Assembly (NCBI GenBank): GCA_045652705.1
Contig: JAZRUV010000008.1
Location: 24,620 to 88,619 of the forward strand
Length of the DNA stretch: 64,000 nucleotides
Source of the DNA: Clostridia bacterium
GTDB lineage: Bacteria; Bacillota; Clostridia; TANB77; CAG-465
Direction of reading: 5' to 3'
A program made the position numbers and the translations under genes. The notes under the pieces are model-generated. The model searched no databases, was not told the DNA's origin, and saw only the letters and a list, made by a program, of their open reading frames with translations. This document shows, piece after piece, positions 40,646 through 49,848 of the stretch (positions within the stretch are counted from its first letter, which is position 1; the number at the start of each line of letters is the position of its first letter).

Positions 40646-41125
40646 GTGATTACTATACTAATAGGAATTATTTTAATTGTTTATCTAATAAAGAATGCTC
40701 ATAAATTAGATGAAGTACTAATTGCTTTGGGGTGTGTTGTCTCAATAGTAATTATAATTTGCGGTATCCTTGTTCCTATGGCTGGATATACCGAACCTAT
40801 GGTAGAGACTATAGAGCTTATGCCACTTAGATTAGAGCAAGCAACAGATAAAGTATATTACATTAAGGAAAAGGATAACTATTACTATTATGCCTATGAT
40901 AATAGTGAAGAGTATGGTTTGGCAGGAGGAGCATATGAGGAAAGCAGTGTATATAAAGGGTCGACTGTAAAATTGTACGAATCGGAAGAGTGTGTTACAC
41001 CTCTGCTGAAAGTGTTCAAGACCAAATCTAAAGTTTCTTGGTATACGTTTGCAGGTATGTGGGAAGAGGAAGAATATGTATTTTATATTCCTTTAGCCAC
41101 AAAACATGTAGTCGAAGAAGAGTAG
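40646..41125 (+). CDS. membrane-anchored hypothetical, paralog of the previous ORF
   Basis: YYIKEKDNYYYYAYDNSEEYGLAGGAYEESSVYKGSTVKLYESEECVTPLLKVFKT. Confidence 0.65.
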   Translation: MITILIGIILIVYLIKNAHKLDEVLIALGCVVSIVIIICGILVPMAGYTEPMVETIELMPLRLEQATDKVYYIKEKDNYYYYAYDNSEEYGLAGGAYEESSVYKGSTVKLYESEECVTPLLKVFKTKSKVSWYTFAGMWEEEEYVFYIPLATKHVVEEE

Positions 41126-41190
41126 ATGTGTGCTAAATATAGCACACATCTATTTTTATGTATTTAACCTTCACAAATGTTTACATAAAT

Positions 41191-41219
41191 TTGACATCTG
41201 CACAAAAATATGGTATAAT
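41191..41219 (+). promoter_or_regulatory. perfect-consensus sigma-A promoter upstream of non-coding region
   Basis: TTGACA-17-TATAAT. Confidence 0.85.
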
Positions 41220-41225
41220 TTAAAT

Positions 41226-41600
41226 GTGCAAAACATTGAATAAGTAATAACTATTACAAAAAGATATAGTCAGATAGTCTAAATGACTAATGTTATATAA
41301 ATGCCAAATTGAAAAATAGAGTGTTTCATCGAAAGATATAATATATACGTTAGTATTGATGTACTAAATAAGCATAATATATCATATCCAAGTAAGGATA
41401 AACGTAGCTGGTTTTACACAGTTTATGCTAGTTTAAACTGGCACCGCATCCTAGATAGTTAAGCTATCTGGATTGGCGTTGTAGATGTGATCAGAGGCTC
41501 GTCTACACAGCTATAGTAATATATCCGAAACAACTCGCGTAAGCATATGAAATCAATAATAAATATAAAAATACAACCTTTGACTCTAAGGTTGTATTAT
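41226..41600 (+). ncRNA. candidate structured non-coding RNA, ~370 nt, family not identified
   Basis: consensus promoter, no credible ORF, multiple hairpins (e.g. tccTAGATAGttaagCTATCTgga; TGTAGA..TCTACA; ATAAAC..GTTTAT), strong terminator at 3' end. Confidence 0.55.
41570..41598. terminator. bidirectional intrinsic terminator
   Basis: aatacaacctt-tgactct-aaggttgtatt. Confidence 0.85.
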
Positions 41601-42788
41601 TTTATTTGTATAATCTAAATTACTTTCATTAAATAAATTATGTGCAAGTATATCTAGTTTAAGACTTTCAGAGATGTTTTTGTCTAAGCTCTCAATAAGG
41701 TCGTCGGTTATTTTAGATATAATAGTATTGCAAGCTTTTTTAGATATTTCGGACAGAAGATTTGAAGAGCCTCTTTTTACTTTTAATATTCTTGCGTAGT
41801 TAACATTTTTTAGATTGATCATTTTTTCCTTTGTAATTCCCAAAAGAATGTATACACAAATCCTTTTTATTTTGCTTAATGTATAACGTTTGCTTTTTAT
41901 ACTGAAAATATATTCGTTATAACTTTGGCAATTTAAAGCTTGTTTGTATAGTTTGTTTTCTAAACCTTCCGTGACCTCATAAATATCTTTAAGGCCAAAA
42001 GTATTTAATCTAATTATTTCATACTTTAAAATATCCCATAGATTTTCTGTTGTATTATAGTCATTATTAGATAGATAATTAAGAGTGTTGTTTGGAACAA
42101 CATTACCTATTTTTTTAAATTTATAATCATTAGACATGTTAGTATCTGAAAGGACATTTCTAATGCTTGTAGAACTTGCAAATTCGCTAGCATTTGAAAT
42201 TTTTGTATCTAAATGGCTAGAGGCTTGCCTGTGAACTAAAACTGGCTCAATTTGGCTCTTAAGAGAAGTTAAAGCCTTCAAATATTCTATGGCTAAAATG
42301 TTGTTAGGAAGCATTAAATCTGCCGGAACATCTCCTAAAAACTTATATAGAGAACTTGTATATGCATCCCCACTATTAATTCCTTGTTTTGTATATTTTT
42401 TAATATTTTGTATTATTTCATCTTTGTTATTAAGATAAACATTTGCAACTTTTTTTAGTAAATTTATATCTTGAGTTTCAGACCCAAATACTAGATGAGT
42501 AACAACTCCCAAACTATTTAAAATATTTACTGCACCAAATGCAAAGTTTTCTGCACTTGAGGTTGCATATACAATTGGTAATTCTATAACCATATCTGCG
42601 CCGTTTTCTATTGCAATAGTAGCTCTATCAAATTTATTAATGCAAGCAATATTTCCTTGTTCTGTAAAACTACCAGACATTATTACTATAACATAATCTG
42701 CATTTGTAAGTTCGCGAGCACGCTTAATGTTATATATATGTCCGTTATGCATTGGGTTATATTCTGCAATTATACCAACAACATTCAT
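41586..42788 (-). CDS. tmcAL: tRNA(Met) cytidine acetate ligase / YlbM-like nucleotidyltransferase
   Basis: VVGIIAEYNPMHNGHIYNIKRAREL; MSGSFTEQGNIACINKFDRA. Confidence 0.9.
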   Translation of the reverse strand: MNVVGIIAEYNPMHNGHIYNIKRARELTNADYVIVIMSGSFTEQGNIACINKFDRATIAIENGADMVIELPIVYATSSAENFAFGAVNILNSLGVVTHLVFGSETQDINLLKKVANVYLNNKDEIIQNIKKYTKQGINSGDAYTSSLYKFLGDVPADLMLPNNILAIEYLKALTSLKSQIEPVLVHRQASSHLDTKISNASEFASSTSIRNVLSDTNMSNDYKFKKIGNVVPNNTLNYLSNNDYNTTENLWDILKYEIIRLNTFGLKDIYEVTEGLENKLYKQALNCQSYNEYIFSIKSKRYTLSKIKRICVYILLGITKEKMINLKNVNYARILKVKRGSSNLLSEISKKACNTIISKITDDLIESLDKNISESLKLDILAHNLFNESNLDYTNKIIQP

Positions 42789-42865
42789 ACTTTACTCCTT
42801 TACAATTTTTTTTACTTATTATATAATACCATAAAATACGGTGTTTAGCAATAAAGGAGAATATT

Positions 42866-43921
42866 ATGGAAAAGACAAAAGTAACAATTTATACAGATGG
42901 AGCTTGTAGTGGTAATCCTGGCCCTGGTGGCTATGCAGCAATAATAATGGCAGATGGAAATAAAAAAGAAATATATGGAGCTGAGAAAGACACTACAAAT
43001 AACAAAATGGAGTTAATGGCCGCAATAGAAGGATTAAAAGCTTTGAAGAGACCTTGTGAGGTAACACTTTATTCAGATAGTGCTTATCTTGTAAATGCAT
43101 ATAACAACGGTTGGATATATGGTTGGAAGAAAAATGGTTGGAAGACTTCTAGTAAAGAACCAGTAAAAAATATAGACTTATGGCAGGAAATAGAAGCGTT
43201 AAGGCAAATTCATACAATTACATTTGTAAAAGTAAAAGGCCATGCAGATAACGAATATAACAATAGATGCGATGAATTAGCGGTAGCAGCAATACAAAAA
43301 CTTCAAAATGGTGAGTTGGATACAAATTCAAATATCAATGAGCAAGAACAAACTAATATTCAAAGAGTGTTTGGAGGTTTACCAACATTTGAGACAGAAA
43401 GATTAAAAATACGTCTATTTAATGAAAATGATGTAGATGATTTATATGAATATTGTTCGGATGATGAAGTAACAAAATATTTAATATTTCCAACATATAG
43501 GTCGAGACAAGATGCTATAGATAGAATAAATTATTGTAAAGAAGGATATGAAAGACTTGAAGCGCCAATACTTTGGGCTATTGAATATAAAGAGGACGAA
43601 AAACTTATTGGCGGTATAGATTTCGTAAAATGGGATGAAGCAAATAATAAAGCGGAGATAGGGTATTTACTTAGTAGAAAGTATTGGAATAAAGGAATTA
43701 TGACGGAAGCTTTAGCTGCTATTATAGAATTTGGCTTTGAAAAAATGGGACTTAACAGAATTGAAATTTGTTGCGATGAAAGAAATATTGGTTCTGCCAG
43801 AGTAATGGAAAAGAATGGGTTGAAGTATGAAGGGACACTAAGACAAGAGAGATTTCAAAAAGGTGAATACGTAAATGTAAAATACTATTCTATTCTTAAA
43901 GACGAGTATAAAAACAGATAA
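42866..43921 (+). CDS. RNase HI - GNAT acetyltransferase fusion protein
   Basis: N-term IYTDGACSGNPGPGGYAAII..KVKGHADNEYNNRCDELA; C-term RLKIRLFNENDVDDLYEYCSD..IGYLLSRKYWNKGIMTEAL..RNIGSARVMEKNGLKYEG. Confidence 0.88.
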   Translation: MEKTKVTIYTDGACSGNPGPGGYAAIIMADGNKKEIYGAEKDTTNNKMELMAAIEGLKALKRPCEVTLYSDSAYLVNAYNNGWIYGWKKNGWKTSSKEPVKNIDLWQEIEALRQIHTITFVKVKGHADNEYNNRCDELAVAAIQKLQNGELDTNSNINEQEQTNIQRVFGGLPTFETERLKIRLFNENDVDDLYEYCSDDEVTKYLIFPTYRSRQDAIDRINYCKEGYERLEAPILWAIEYKEDEKLIGGIDFVKWDEANNKAEIGYLLSRKYWNKGIMTEALAAIIEFGFEKMGLNRIEICCDERNIGSARVMEKNGLKYEGTLRQERFQKGEYVNVKYYSILKDEYKNR

Positions 43922-43958
43922 AACATAAATTGCTTAGAATGTACATAATATGTTCTAG

Positions 43959-44576
43959 GTGATTTTTATGCTAAAGAAGTGGATTAAAGAGTATATTACT
44001 ATAAATAAAAGGGATATATTGATAGTAGTAGGATTACTTCTTTTGGGGGTTGTCATAGGAATAGGAGTATATGTATTTTCTTCTGAAGAAGTAAAGCAAA
44101 TAGTAATAACAAGTGTTAGACAAGTTTTAGATATTTCTAAAAAGGATACGTATGTAAAAACAAATATAATTAAAAATGGAATAAAAACAAATTTAATAAC
44201 AATATGTTTATTAGCTACACTTTCAGTAATGCTTTTTGGGAAATATGTAATATACTGTTTAACGATTTTAAAGGGTGCTGCGATAGCTGTATATACTCTG
44301 GTCATATTCAATATTTTTGGGGCATTATGGGGTATAGTTGTTACACTTCTTTTAGTAATACTCATAAACATATTATATATACCGGCCTTTATATATCTAG
44401 TAATAAGTTTTTTGGAACTAAACTTTAATATATTTAAGGTAAAGTTAAATGCAAATGGATATGGAGTATATAAATTATTGTTAGCCATTTTTATTTGCTC
44501 AATATTAATGTTTTCGAGTGTAATAGTAGAACAAATTGCCGGTAATGTGGTGCTAAATATATATAGTAAAATGTGA
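43959..44576 (+). CDS. spoIIM: SpoIIM-like stage II sporulation membrane protein
   Basis: multi-TM protein with SpoIIM-like layout (FGKYVIYCLTILKGAAIAV) directly upstream of xerD. Confidence 0.65.
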   Translation: MIFMLKKWIKEYITINKRDILIVVGLLLLGVVIGIGVYVFSSEEVKQIVITSVRQVLDISKKDTYVKTNIIKNGIKTNLITICLLATLSVMLFGKYVIYCLTILKGAAIAVYTLVIFNIFGALWGIVVTLLLVILINILYIPAFIYLVISFLELNFNIFKVKLNANGYGVYKLLLAIFICSILMFSSVIVEQIAGNVVLNIYSKM

Positions 44577-44762
44577 CTTGATAATTAAATAAAAACATAT
44601 TATATTATTTTTAAGTATGTGTTTTATACCTTTCTTTCTCTCGGTAATAAAAATGCATAATGATTACATAAAAAAATGAAAAAAGACTTGCAAATCTGTT
44701 AAAAGTAGTGTAAAATAGTAGCAGTTAAAAAATTATGTAATACACATTTACGGGGGTATGAG

Positions 44763-45641
44763 ATGGAACTTATTATTCAAGACTTTATAGATTACTTAGA
44801 AAGCAAACAAGTATCTAAAAACACACTTTTGTCGTATAAGAGAGATATCAATCAATTATACGCATATTTAGAACAAATAGGCAAAAAAATGTTTGAAGCA
44901 ACTGAGGAAGACTTAACAGCATATATTGCATATATGCAAACATTAGAAAAATCTAATGCAACAATTTCTAGAAATATAGCTTCTATGAAAGCTTTTTATA
45001 GATATTTGTTAAAACTAAAATTAGTAGAAAAGAACATCGCAGAAAAATTAACTTCTCCAAAAGTTGAGAAGAAAGAATTATCTATACTTTCAGTTACTGA
45101 GGTTGAAAACTTATTAGAACAACCTAGTACTAGTGACCTTAAAGGGCAAAGAGATAAAGCTATGCTTGAAGTGTTATATGCTACAGGTATTAGAGTTACA
45201 GAATTAATATCTCTTAACTTAAGTGACGTTAATTTAAATGCAGGTCATATTAAAGTCAAGAAGAAAAATAAGGAAAGAATAATACCACTTGGAAATACAA
45301 CTTTAAGATATTTAAAAGAATATGTTGAAAATGTAAGACCGCTATTAATAAAAACAGAGGAAGAACCATCTCTATTTATTAATGCGAATGGTCAAAAAAT
45401 GACTAGACAAGGATTTTGGAAAATACTTAAACAATATAAAGAGCAAGCTAAAATAGATAAAGAGCTTACTCCACACACCATAAGGCATTCATTTGCTGTG
45501 CACATGTTACAAAATGGTGCTGAAATAAAAACAGTACAAGAATTACTTGGACATACTGACGTAGCATCAACATTAATGTATACACATGTTGCAGATATGA
45601 AATTAAGGGATGAGTATTTAAAAGCTCATCCAAGAGTGTGA
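44763..45641 (+). CDS. xerD: tyrosine recombinase XerD-like
   Basis: LYATGIRVTELI, HTIRHSFAVHMLQNGAEIKTVQELLGHTDVASTLMYTHV. Confidence 0.93.
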   Translation: MELIIQDFIDYLESKQVSKNTLLSYKRDINQLYAYLEQIGKKMFEATEEDLTAYIAYMQTLEKSNATISRNIASMKAFYRYLLKLKLVEKNIAEKLTSPKVEKKELSILSVTEVENLLEQPSTSDLKGQRDKAMLEVLYATGIRVTELISLNLSDVNLNAGHIKVKKKNKERIIPLGNTTLRYLKEYVENVRPLLIKTEEEPSLFINANGQKMTRQGFWKILKQYKEQAKIDKELTPHTIRHSFAVHMLQNGAEIKTVQELLGHTDVASTLMYTHVADMKLRDEYLKAHPRV

Positions 45642-45729
45642 TAAATGAAATTTAGGCGAATACTTAGGTATTCGCTTTTCTAAAATAATAAATATATAAA
45701 TATACAAAACGCATTACGGGAGAAAAAAC

Positions 45730-46464
45730 ATGAGAAATTTAAAATTAACTATAGAATATGATGGAACAAATTTTAATGGTTGGCAAATACAAAAAGATAA
45801 AAGAACGGTACAAGAAGAAGTACAAGTAGCTTTATCTAAAATACTAAAGGAAGAAGTTACAATAATTGGTTCGGGTAGAACTGATGCAGGGGTGCATGCT
45901 TTAGGGCAAATTGCAAATTTTAAAACGGAAAAAACAATTAAACCACAAGAATTGTTATTTGGTATAAATACAATGTTACCTATAGATATAGTGGTAACAA
46001 ATGTTCAAGAAGTAGACGAAGAATTTAATGCAAGAAATAGTGCTAAAAAGAAACATTATAGATATGTTATAAACAATGGAAAATTTCCTTCTGCTTTAAA
46101 TGCAAATAGGGAATATCACTTTAAGTATTTTTTAGATACTGAAGCAATGCAAATGGCCGCTGATGACCTTGTGGGAGAGCATAATTTTAAAGCGTTTGCT
46201 GCAGCCGGAAGTACGGTAAAGGATACAACAAGAACAATTTATTTATTAAAAGTAAATAGACTTGGAGATAGAGTTATTATTGATGTTGTGGGTAATGGTT
46301 TTTTATACAATATGGTAAGAATAATAGTGGGTACGCTTTTAGATATAGGTTCAGGGAAATTAGATATATGTGTAATGAAAAACATGATAGAAACGGGTGA
46401 TAGAGCACTAGGTGGCAGAACAGCAGGGCCGGAAGGTTTGTATCTAGTAGATGTTGAGTATTAG
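45730..46464 (+). CDS. truA: tRNA pseudouridine synthase A
   Basis: IEYDGTNFNGWQIQ; GSGRTDAGVHALGQIANF. Confidence 0.96.
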   Translation: MRNLKLTIEYDGTNFNGWQIQKDKRTVQEEVQVALSKILKEEVTIIGSGRTDAGVHALGQIANFKTEKTIKPQELLFGINTMLPIDIVVTNVQEVDEEFNARNSAKKKHYRYVINNGKFPSALNANREYHFKYFLDTEAMQMAADDLVGEHNFKAFAAAGSTVKDTTRTIYLLKVNRLGDRVIIDVVGNGFLYNMVRIIVGTLLDIGSGKLDICVMKNMIETGDRALGGRTAGPEGLYLVDVEY

Positions 46465-46511
46465 TAAAGATCAAAATTTATAATTTGTTTAGTGTGCATA
46501 TATTTTAGTTA

Positions 46512-46540
46512 TTGACAAAACATGACATGTTTAGTAGAAT
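46512..46540 (+). promoter_or_regulatory. sigma-A promoter
   Basis: TTGACA-17-TAGAAT. Confidence 0.6.
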
Positions 46541-46560
46541 GAACATGAGGAGGTTATATT

Positions 46561-46941
46561 ATGATAGAAGCATATAAAAAGTATTTTATAAACTATACAA
46601 ATTTCAAAGGCAGATCGTCAAGAAGCGATTACTGGTGGGTAATATTAGCAAACTTTATAATAGGACTAGCTTTTGGATGCTTAGGCGAATTTGGTGAAAC
46701 GTTATCTACGCTATATTCAGTTATAACATTAGTTCCAGGAATAGCATTAATAGTTAGAAGATATCACGATATAAACAAATCTGGTTGGAACTATTTGTTT
46801 ATACTTATTCCATTTGTTGGCTGGATTGTTGTATTAGTGGATTTCTGTACAAAGAGTGTAAATGAAAACAACAAATATGATGAAAAAAGTAGAAAGTGTT
46901 GTAAATGCAGTAAAATAAAAGATGAGAGCTTAACTGTTTGA
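46561..46941 (+). CDS. DUF805 membrane protein
   Basis: YKKYFINYTNFKGRSSRSDYWWVILANFIIG..RRYHDINKSGWNYLFILIP. Confidence 0.85.
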   Translation: MIEAYKKYFINYTNFKGRSSRSDYWWVILANFIIGLAFGCLGEFGETLSTLYSVITLVPGIALIVRRYHDINKSGWNYLFILIPFVGWIVVLVDFCTKSVNENNKYDEKSRKCCKCSKIKDESLTV

Positions 46942-47083
46942 AGTTGAGTTCTTTTATGTATGAACAAACTCTTTAAAGGTTTACATTTATGTTAACATGT
47001 GATATAATTATTCATGAAGATTACGTGAGTAGCCTTCCAAAATTGGAGGGCTATTGCCCTTCTTAAACTTAAGGAGGAAAGTT

Positions 47084-47641
47084 ATGTTAGCAGCAAAATT
47101 GAATTCGTGTACGTGGAGTAGAGTACCTACGTGGGTTAATATGAGATGTAGCGATCCTGGGGATGAGTATTTAGAAAATCAGTATAGTGAATCTGATTTT
47201 GATAATTATGTAGAGCTTCTCTTTAGAGAGGTTGCAGAACAAATGAAGGTAAACTACAGCGGGGTTAAAGATATCCTATATGGCCATAATACTAGGTTCT
47301 TTGAGGAAAAGGCGCGCTATTTTAGTAATTACGATTTTATGGGAGTGCGTGAAGATGAGTTTGAAAGTTTAACTAGTAAATTGCTATTACCGAGTATCTT
47401 TGAACTTGAAAAGAAGAGTACAGTCCAAGCATTTTTGGATAGCTTTGATATGCTTGAGCTTAAAGACAAAGTAGAAATACTAGATAGGCTTTCTATGGCA
47501 AAAATAGACTTTGGACAACTTAATATTGGCCCAGCTAATAGTGTAGGAAAAACGATAGTTTCTTTATCTGAAGAGACCAAGTATCGATTAGTAAAAAGTG
47601 TTTTTGAAGCAGAAGTGGACATTGATATTGAACTAAAATAA
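47084..47641 (+). CDS. hypothetical protein, ~185 aa
   Basis: ORF (track start 47054, likely start MLAAKL after aaggagg). Confidence 0.6.
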   Translation: MLAAKLNSCTWSRVPTWVNMRCSDPGDEYLENQYSESDFDNYVELLFREVAEQMKVNYSGVKDILYGHNTRFFEEKARYFSNYDFMGVREDEFESLTSKLLLPSIFELEKKSTVQAFLDSFDMLELKDKVEILDRLSMAKIDFGQLNIGPANSVGKTIVSLSEETKYRLVKSVFEAEVDIDIELK

Positions 47642-47663
47642 TTATAAAAAGGGGATAATACAA

Positions 47664-48113
47664 ATGACTAAAACACAATTTTTGGAAGTTCTTTCAACTC
47701 AAGGTGTTCGCTTTAACAGAGTAAATGGATTTAGCTTAAGCTATGAGAACACAGTGGTTTTAAGAGGGCGTATTCCACTTGCGCTTGCAAGAAAAATACG
47801 AGACATAGAAGACAATGGTAAATTGGGTATATCCTTTGGAGCCTCATATGTAGAACAACCTGACGAATGGGCAACCAATGCCGATTTGGAAGATATGCTA
47901 TCTGAAGCGATTGCAGATATGTCAGAGCTTTCTAAGGCGGGAACCATATATGAAACTAAAAGGATAGAATATATTAAGAAAGCTGAACAAAAAGGAAAGC
48001 TTGACGATATTTATGTTTTGTCTGTTTATGTAGATACAGCTCAGGGATTACGGCATATCATACGTACCATTCGAGAAAGTGGATATATCAACCAATGTGT
48101 TTGGCGTAGGTGA
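47664..48113 (+). CDS. hypothetical protein, 149 aa
   Basis: ORF with aaagggg SD and downstream terminator. Confidence 0.65.
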   Translation: MTKTQFLEVLSTQGVRFNRVNGFSLSYENTVVLRGRIPLALARKIRDIEDNGKLGISFGASYVEQPDEWATNADLEDMLSEAIADMSELSKAGTIYETKRIEYIKKAEQKGKLDDIYVLSVYVDTAQGLRHIIRTIRESGYINQCVWRR

Positions 48114-48120
48114 TTAATAA

Positions 48121-48160
48121 AAAATACTACCAGAGTTAATTAATTCTGGTAGTATTTTTA
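48121..48160 (+). terminator. intrinsic terminator
   Basis: aaaatactaccaga...tctggtagtatttttat. Confidence 0.8.
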
Positions 48161-48205
48161 TGTATAAAATAAAAAAGCACGAATTTTTACGTTCGTGCTT
48201 ACACG

Positions 48206-48292
48206 TGGTGGGAAAGACCGGAATCGAACCGGTACGAGTGTTACCTCGCAGGATTTTAAGTCCTGTGCGTCTGCCAGTTCCGCCACTATCCC
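48206..48292 (-). tRNA. tRNA-Leu (anticodon UAA)
   Basis: GGGATAGTGGCGGAACTGGCAGACG, anticodon arm CAGGA-CTTAAAA-TCCTG, GGTTCGATTCC T arm, encoded CCA end. Confidence 0.93.
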
Positions 48293-48377
48293 GTGCAAGT
48301 AATATATTAACATTTTTTTTGCTTGCTGTCAAGGAGTTTATTAAAAATATTTTTCTTAATTCATATTTTTCTAATAG

Positions 48378-49682
48378 TTGCCATATATTGTAACAAGGTT
48401 AAGGGGGAAAACTATGCTAAATTTAAGAAAAATATTAGTAGTATTTTTAATAATTATAATGCTATGTAGTGTAATTATGCCAATAAGTATATATGCCATG
48501 CCAGATTTTGCTATAGTTGAAAGCAATAGCGAAAATATTGAGACACAAACTAAAAACTATAAAACAGCAGAGTCTTCTATACAAACAGCAGCAGCGCCTG
48601 CTTTTAATTTTCAGTCAGCTTCCCAAGTGTTGATGGAAGCAACGACAGGTGAAATAATATATGCTAATAACGAAAATGAGAGATTGCTTCCGGCATCTGT
48701 TACTAAAATAATGACACTTCTTTTGGTTATGGAACAAATAGATAACGGGAGTTTAAGATACACAGATACAGTAACTTGCACAAGTAATGCGTCTGGAATG
48801 GGTGGTTCTCAGATTTGGTTTAAAGAAGGAGAGACTTTAACGGTTGATGAAGCTTTAAAATGTATTTGTGTAGTTTCTGCAAATGATGTAAGTGTTGCTA
48901 TGGCTGAACTTGTAGGGGGAAGTCATGAAAATTTTGTAGCTATGATGAATGCTAAGGCAAAAGAACTAGGGATGGAAAACACTAACTTTATGAATGCTCA
49001 CGGAATAGACGAGGAAGGGCATTATACAACAGCTAAAGATATAGCTATAATGTCGCGTGAGTTGATGGTAAGACATCCGGGTATAAAAAAATATACAACA
49101 ATATGGATGGATAGCATAAGAGGCGGAACGTTTGAACTTGCCAATACAAACAAATTATTAAAAACATATAAAGGAATGACTGGGCTAAAAACAGGTTCTA
49201 CGTCGCAGGCGTTGTTTAATTTATCCGCTACAGCGGAAAGAGAAGGTTTGTCTTTGATTGCAGTAGTAATGAAAGCACCAACGAGCAAGGTAAGAAATGA
49301 AGAGATAACAAGCCTTTTAAATTATGGTTTTTCAGCATATACAAGTAGTAAGATAGCAGCAGCAGGAGATGTAGTAGAAAAAATAAAAATAAGTAAGCAT
49401 ATAACGAAAGAGGTAGATGTTGTATTGGAAAAAGATGAGTATTTAATTAGTAAGAAAGGTGAAGCTAAAGAATACACAAAAGTTGTAAAATATAACGATA
49501 ATCTTAAAGCTCCAATAAATAAAAATACACCTATAGGCAAGCTGCAATTTCTAGCCAATGATGGAAGCGTTTTACGAGAAGCTAATCTAATGCTAACAGA
49601 AGATGCGTATAAATCTAACTTGTGGGAATATATAATGCACATTGTAGATCTATTTACTATGAAGGGTATGAAAACAAAGTAG
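48378..49682 (+). CDS. D-alanyl-D-alanine carboxypeptidase (DacA/DacF family)
   Basis: SxxK PASVTKIM, SAND (SxN), KTG LKTGSTSQALF; signal peptide. Confidence 0.92.
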   Translation: MPYIVTRLRGKTMLNLRKILVVFLIIIMLCSVIMPISIYAMPDFAIVESNSENIETQTKNYKTAESSIQTAAAPAFNFQSASQVLMEATTGEIIYANNENERLLPASVTKIMTLLLVMEQIDNGSLRYTDTVTCTSNASGMGGSQIWFKEGETLTVDEALKCICVVSANDVSVAMAELVGGSHENFVAMMNAKAKELGMENTNFMNAHGIDEEGHYTTAKDIAIMSRELMVRHPGIKKYTTIWMDSIRGGTFELANTNKLLKTYKGMTGLKTGSTSQALFNLSATAEREGLSLIAVVMKAPTSKVRNEEITSLLNYGFSAYTSSKIAAAGDVVEKIKISKHITKEVDVVLEKDEYLISKKGEAKEYTKVVKYNDNLKAPINKNTPIGKLQFLANDGSVLREANLMLTEDAYKSNLWEYIMHIVDLFTMKGMKTK

Positions 49683-49848
49683 ATAAATGTAGTATAATAG
49701 CATAAAATAAATGGTTTAGGAACGTAATATTTCGGAAATATTACGTTTTTTTTACATTTGTGTTAACAGCGCTACAAATCAATGATTTCAGTTGACTATT
49801 TAACTAGTTTGTTATATTATTTTCACAGTATTATGGAGGTTTGTACAT

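Noticed and set aside
41226-41600. tmRNA or RNase P RNA for the non-coding region
   Set aside because: No tRNA-like ends or CCA, and no GAGGAAAGTCC-type P RNA core; left as unclassified candidate ncRNA.
44763-45641. Integrase marking a mobile element
   Set aside because: Sequence and position next to the spoIIM-like gene fit housekeeping XerD; no att-like repeats or phage genes adjacent.
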